Of a stretch of 64,000 nt of DNA, positions 58,894 to 64,000 are shown one piece after another; position 1 is the stretch's first letter, and every line of letters starts with the position of its first letter. The translations under genes were made by a program, and so were the position numbers. The notes beneath the pieces were generated by a model. It was not told where the DNA came from, made no database searches, and saw only the letters and a program-made list of their open reading frames with translations. Origin of the DNA: an uncultured delta proteobacterium (GTDB lineage: Bacteria > Desulfobacterota > Binatia > UBA9968); assembly GCA_963745835.1 (NCBI GenBank), contig CAVUZH010000005.1:32001-96000 (forward strand), read 5' to 3'.

Positions 58894-61768
58894 ATGCGAA
58901 TTCCTGTCGCCACATACCGGTTGCAATTTCACCGGAATTTCACTTTCGCCGAATGCAAAAGCGGTGATCTCGTATTTAAGAGAGCTCGGTATCTCGGATC
59001 GTCTACGCTTCGCCGATTTTTCGCGCCCGGGTGGGAAGCCTTCACGGATACGATGTTGTTGACCCGAACCAGATCAACCCGGAACTTGGCGGCGCTAGAG
59101 CAGTTCGACGAGTTAGCCGGCGAAATACAGCGTCAGGGTATGGGTTGGCTCCAAGATATCGTTCCCAATCACATGGCCTACGACAGCGAGAACTGGATGC
59201 TGATGGACGTGCTGGAGAACGGATTGAATTCGGCTTATGCCGATTATTTCGACATCGAGTGGGATCACCCGATGGAGAACATGCATCACAAAGTTCTGGC
59301 TCCTTGCCTCGGCAAATTCTACGGTCAATGTCTGGAAGACGGCGAGATTGTCCTGAAGTATGATGCCCAAGGATTGGCGGTGCATTACTTTCAGTTGCGG
59401 CTGCCAATCAACATAGAATCCTACAGCATGGTCCTGGCGCCGAGTCTCGGCGCTTTAAGACGAAAATTGGGGCGTCATAGCCCCGATCTGATCAAGCTTT
59501 TGGGTGTTCTTTACACGCTCAAAAATCTGCCCTCCAGTGAAGAAGCAAGGGAACGGGCCGACCAGATCATCTTCGTCAAGAACATGCTTTGGGAGCTGTA
59601 CACAAGTAACGAAGAGATCAAGAACTTTCTCGATGAAATCATCGCGCGTTTCAACGGACGGCCCGGGGTGCCCGAAAGCTTCAATCCTTTGGATCAGCTG
59701 CTGGCGCAACAGTATTATCGACTCTCGTTCTGGAAAGTCGCCACGGAAGAGATCAATTATCGCCGCTTCTTTAATATCAATGAGCTGATCTCATTGCGGG
59801 TAGAGGATCCGAACGTATTCGAGCTTTGTCATCGGCTGATCTTTCAGCTGATTCGCGACGGCAAGATCACCGGGCTGCGAGTCGACCACATCGACGGGCT
59901 TTACGATCCCGCCGTGTATCTCGGGCGTGATCCGGCAAAACGTCGGAGAAGTTTACGTCGTCGTCGAGAAGATCCTGGAGCTGCGCGAGAACCTGCCGGA
60001 TGACTGGCTGGTGTGCGGCACGACTGGGTACGAATTCGCCAACTTCGTCAACGAAATTTTCTGCCAGAGCGATCACGAGCAAAAGTTCACCGACTTGTAC
60101 CGGCGCTTCACCGGACTCACCGCTGCCTTCGGCGATCTCGTCAGCGAGAAAAAACGTCTGATCATCGGCCGCTACATGGCCGGAGACGTCGACCGCTTGG
60201 CGCATTTGCTGAGGCGGGTTTCGAGCCGGGATCGTTTCGGCGGCGATATTACGCTTTACGGCTTGAAGCGCGCGCTGGTCGAGGTTTTAACCTTTTTTCC
60301 GGTTTATCGAAGCTACATTAGCCATGAAAAGTTTGGCGCTGAGGACCGGAACCGTATGCAGGAAACCTTGAACAAGGCCAAGGAGATGAATCCAGGTTTG
60401 ATCCTTGAGCTGTCGTTTATCGGCAAGTTCCTCCTGCTCGAAAATGGTGACCAGCTAAGCGAACAGGAAAAGAGCCAGTGGATTGATTTCATTATGCGCC
60501 TGCAGCAATTAACCGGACCGCTGATGGCGAAAGGCTTCGAAGATACCACCTTGTACATTTACAATCGTTTCTTGTCGCTCAATGAGGTCGGCGGCGATCC
60601 GAGCCAGTTCGGCCTTGGCCCGCATGCATTTCATGATTTTAATCTACGACGAGCCCGAGCCTGGCCGTGTAGTCTCAACGCCACCTCGACCCACGATACC
60701 AAAAGAGGAGAAGACGTGCGCGCCCGGCTGAATGTGTTGTCGGAATTGCCTGATGAGTGGGAGCGCCATGTTTTTGAATGGGCCGAGATGAACCGGTCCC
60801 ATAAGCGGCTGGTAAGAGGACGTGAAGTTCCTGACCGCAACGATGAATACTTTCTTATACCAGTCTCTGACCGGCGCGCTGCCGCTGGCCAAAGAAGAAC
60901 ATGCCGGGTTTATCGAAAGAATCAAGAATTACACGATCAAAGCGGTGCGCGAAGCCAAGGTGTACACCGGTTGGCTCAAGCCCGATAACGACTATGAAGA
61001 TGCTTTCCTCGGTTTCATCGAAAAGATTCTCGCAGCCATCAAAAGACAATGCTTTTCTTGGCCAGCTGCGGCAATGGACCCGCAAGATCGCGTGCTTCGG
61101 CGCGCTTAACTCTTTAGCGCAGACACTTCTCAAGCTAACCTGTCCGGGCGCGCCTGATCTCTACCAGGGAACCGAGCTGTGGGATCTTCACTTCGTTGAT
61201 CCGGATAACCGCCAGGCGGTGGACTTCGAGCAGCGACGCAAGTTCCTCGCCGAGATCAAAAAACGCGAGAAGGAGAGTCTGCAACCTTTACTGCTGGATC
61301 TGCTGGCTCACTGGGAGGACGGTCGAGTTAAGTTGTTTTTGATTTATAAAGCCTTGAACTTTCGCCGGCGGCAAAAAGCGTTATTCCAAAATGGCAGCTA
61401 TGTTCCGCTTGCGGTATCCGGCATGGCCGCGAGCCGCGTCTGCGCCTTCGCCAGGCGCGATGGCGCCGTTTGGAGCGTAGTCGCGGTTCCACGCCTTTCA
61501 ACCGCTATCTTTTCGACCGAGAATGCGCCTTTGGGCCGGCAAGGCTCCTGGGAAGACACGGCGCTTGAGCTGCCGGGCGATAGCCCCGCCACATGGAGAG
61601 ATGTATTCACCGGAGAAACGCTGCCAGAGGGTAAAACAGCCGATGGAAAAAGATATTTGTACTTGAGGGATCTTTTTCGCGATTTCCCGGTTGCTCTGCT
61701 TGAGCGGCAGTTCGACGGCGTCGAAGGCCATGCCGGCTTCCTTGCCGCTCGAAGAGCGTTTGCAGTGA
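58894..61768 (+). CDS. treY: Malto-oligosyltrehalose synthase; about 7 apparent +1 frameshifts
   Basis: [67 protein letters not shown] spread over three frames. The end at 61768 is inferred. Confidence 0.9.
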
Positions 61769-61952
61769 GCCGCGGGCGCCGCGAGCGAGTCGCGGATGGG
61801 ATCTGGGGAAGTTTTCTCCCGACGCTCTCACACTCTCGACTCGTTAATACTGAACCTCACCTCCCAAACAATCGAGGCCTGAGAGCGTGCGGAAAGATTC
61901 GCACCACGGCGTTCTTACCGGCGATTAAAACTCGGTTGGTTATCTTAACACT

Positions 61953-62864
61953 ATGGCGTCGGACGTAATTGTTATCGTCAACGCCGGTGCGCGAAAGGCG
62001 GACGACACTGCAGTCCATCAGCGGCTGGCCGAAATATTTACCGCCGGGGGCTTGCGCGCGGAGATCCAACTGGCGCGAAGCGGCGGCGAAATCGTTGAGC
62101 TGGCGCGGCGTGCAATCAAGGCCGAAAGCTCTGTTGTCGTTGCCGCAGGTGGGGACGGCACTATCAATGCCGTCGCTTCGGAACTAGTCGGCAGCAACAA
62201 GATATTGGGAGTTTTACCGCTGGGAACTCTCAACCATCTGGCAAAGGATCTCAGGATGCCTCTGGATCTCGAATCAGCCGTAGACGTCATCGCGCAACAG
62301 AAACTCGCGCAAATCGATATCGGTGAGGTGAACGGCCGCTACTTCTTGAACAATTCCGGCCTGGGACTTTACCCCGGTATCGTGCACGAGCGCGAACAAC
62401 AGCAGGCGCAAGGGCGGAGCAAATGGCTGGCGTTCTTTTCCGCGCTGCTGATCATCATTCATCGATATCCGCTGTTGACGGTGCGCCTCAGCACCGAAGC
62501 TCGCGAACTCAGACGTCGCACGCCGATGGTTTTTGTCGGTAATAACGAGTACGAGCTGCAGGGCCTGAACATGGGCAGCCGAAGGTCTCTGAACCGTGGA
62601 AAGCTTTTTTTGTATGTCACGCGCGAAATGAGTCGTTGGCGGCTTGTCAAGATAGGCGTGGCTGCGCTTTTCGGCAGATTGAGCGACACCCATGATTTCG
62701 ATGCTATGTCGGTCAGAGAAGTTTCCGTACAGGCGCGCCGGAGGCGTTTGCGAGTGGCGCTGGATGGCGAAGTGGTGGTGATGAGACTGCCGCTGCGTTA
62801 TCGCATACATCCGGCTGCTCTGCGCGTGATCGTGCCTGGGGACAAGGAAGAAAGCGGCCGCTAG
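61953..62864 (+). CDS. Diacylglycerol/lipid kinase family protein (YegS-like)
   Basis: IVN..A, AAGGDGT, LPLGTLNH.A, IDIGEVNGRYF, ALDGE. Confidence 0.9.
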   Translation: MASDVIVIVNAGARKADDTAVHQRLAEIFTAGGLRAEIQLARSGGEIVELARRAIKAESSVVVAAGGDGTINAVASELVGSNKILGVLPLGTLNHLAKDLRMPLDLESAVDVIAQQKLAQIDIGEVNGRYFLNNSGLGLYPGIVHEREQQQAQGRSKWLAFFSALLIIIHRYPLLTVRLSTEARELRRRTPMVFVGNNEYELQGLNMGSRRSLNRGKLFLYVTREMSRWRLVKIGVAALFGRLSDTHDFDAMSVREVSVQARRRRLRVALDGEVVVMRLPLRYRIHPAALRVIVPGDKEESGR

Positions 62865-62869
62865 ACATC

Positions 62870-63707
62870 ATGCGTACTCTGGTTCACCTCTCGGATCTTC
62901 ACTTCGGCACCGTGCGTCAAGAGATTGTCCTGCCTCTGCTTAGTTTACTCGAACGGATCCAGCCGGATCTAGTCGCGGTGTCAGGCGATCTGACGCAGCG
63001 AGCGCGCAAAGAACAGTTTCGCCGCGGCGCGGGATTTCTTGGATGCCATGCCGTTTCCGAAGATCGTAGTCCCCGGCAACCACGACGTCCCGCTGTATAA
63101 CCTGTTCGCCCGTTTCGTCCTGAAGCTGGCCAGATATCGGCGCTACATCAGCGACGACCTTGAACCATTCTACGGCGATCCTGAAATCGCGGTTTTGGGG
63201 ATCAATACCGCGCGTTCGGCAACTTTCAAGGGCGGGCGCATCAACTCTCGACAGGTTGCGCGTATGCAAGAGCGGCTCGGACCTCTCAACGGCGTTACTA
63301 AAATCGTCGTGACGCATCATCCCTTCGATTTGCCTGAGGCTTACCCGGACAAAGCACTGGTTGGTAGCGCCCGCAGAGCGATGCAGCAGCTTGCCGGCTC
63401 AGGGATCGATCTGTTTCTCGCTGGTCACCTGCATATCGGTCTGAGCGAACCGACAGCTTTGCGTTTTCAAATTGGCGGACGCTCGCCGTTGATGATCCAG
63501 GCCGGCACAGCTTTATCGTCGCGGATGCGGGGCGAGGCGAACTCCTTCAACGTCATTCGTATTCAGCATCCCAATATCTCCGTGAGCCGGCTGACCTGGA
63601 GAGCCGATCTGAAGGTGTTTGTTTCCACTCATGCCGACTATTTTCGCCACTCCGAGGCAGGTTGGGCACGTGGCAGCAAATTGGATTTCGCCGAGCCCGA
63701 AGAATGA
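62870..63707 (+). CDS. Calcineurin-like metallophosphoesterase; frameshift near 63020
   Basis: HLSDLHFG, SGDLTQR, then PGNHD, VTHHP and GHLH in the next frame. Confidence 0.85.
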
Positions 63708-63915
63708 CCGACGGTAAGTCTATCTGCCACTCATCTGGTTGCCTTAACCGCGCATCCTACGGGTAGATACTGTATACTATACGGCGTGGATGCCTCAGGT
63801 AATGAAATGATCCGAACCCGTCACAGCCTTGGGAATCGGTAGACCTTTTGCCGTGTCTCCGAACGGGCCGTCGCGAACAATTCCCGTAATTACTTACTGA
63901 TACGAAGAAGGAACC

Positions 63916-64000
63916 ATGGAACTCGCAACCGAACAAACCGACGCGGCGCGCCTTTCAGAAGAGGTGGCGCGCCGCCGAACCTTTGCCATCATCTCGCACC
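63916..64000 (+). CDS. prfC: Peptide chain release factor 3 (5' end only)
   Basis: MELATEQTDAARLSEEVARRRTFAIISH(P); RRRTFAIISHP is the RF3 N-terminal signature. Confidence 0.9.
   Translation, partial: MELATEQTDAARLSEEVARRRTFAIISH

Noticed and set aside
61769-61968. C-terminal extension of TreY overlapping the DAGK gene
   Set aside because: Better explained by another +1 error near 61711, giving a stop at 61768.

Overview
GC-rich bacterial chromosomal region with no rRNA, intact tRNA, CRISPR array or intact mobile element that I can support. The gene content resembles Candidatus Binatia/Binatota or a similar soil lineage (inference from gene style only). The first ~50 kb is a catabolic/uptake mosaic. 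It holds nine NMT1/THI5/SsuA-type substrate-binding proteins without a cognate permease/ATPase, two TctC proteins, one complete FbpABC-like ABC importer and a vapBC toxin-antitoxin pair. It also holds many orphan enzymes: MetE-like, amidohydrolases, M20, Rid, LLM, two methyltransferases, MBL, GST, nitroreductase, LVIVD, TPP E1 alpha/beta, TudS-DUF1722, DHDPS-like, four-domain rhodanese, thiol dioxygenase, PhtD-like and dienelactone hydrolase. Several of these have substituted canonical catalytic residues. The last ~14 kb holds tctCBA, treZ-glgX-treY, a DAGK/metallophosphoesterase pair and the start of prfC. Intergenic DNA carries a dispersed family of GTTC-core 7-mer and 9-mer tandem arrays, a RAYT transposase remnant with its REP-like hairpin, and a probable IS end remnant. 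About a dozen single-base frameshifts, mostly +1 and concentrated after 49 kb, look like sequencing errors. All product calls come from motif recognition by eye, without database searches.
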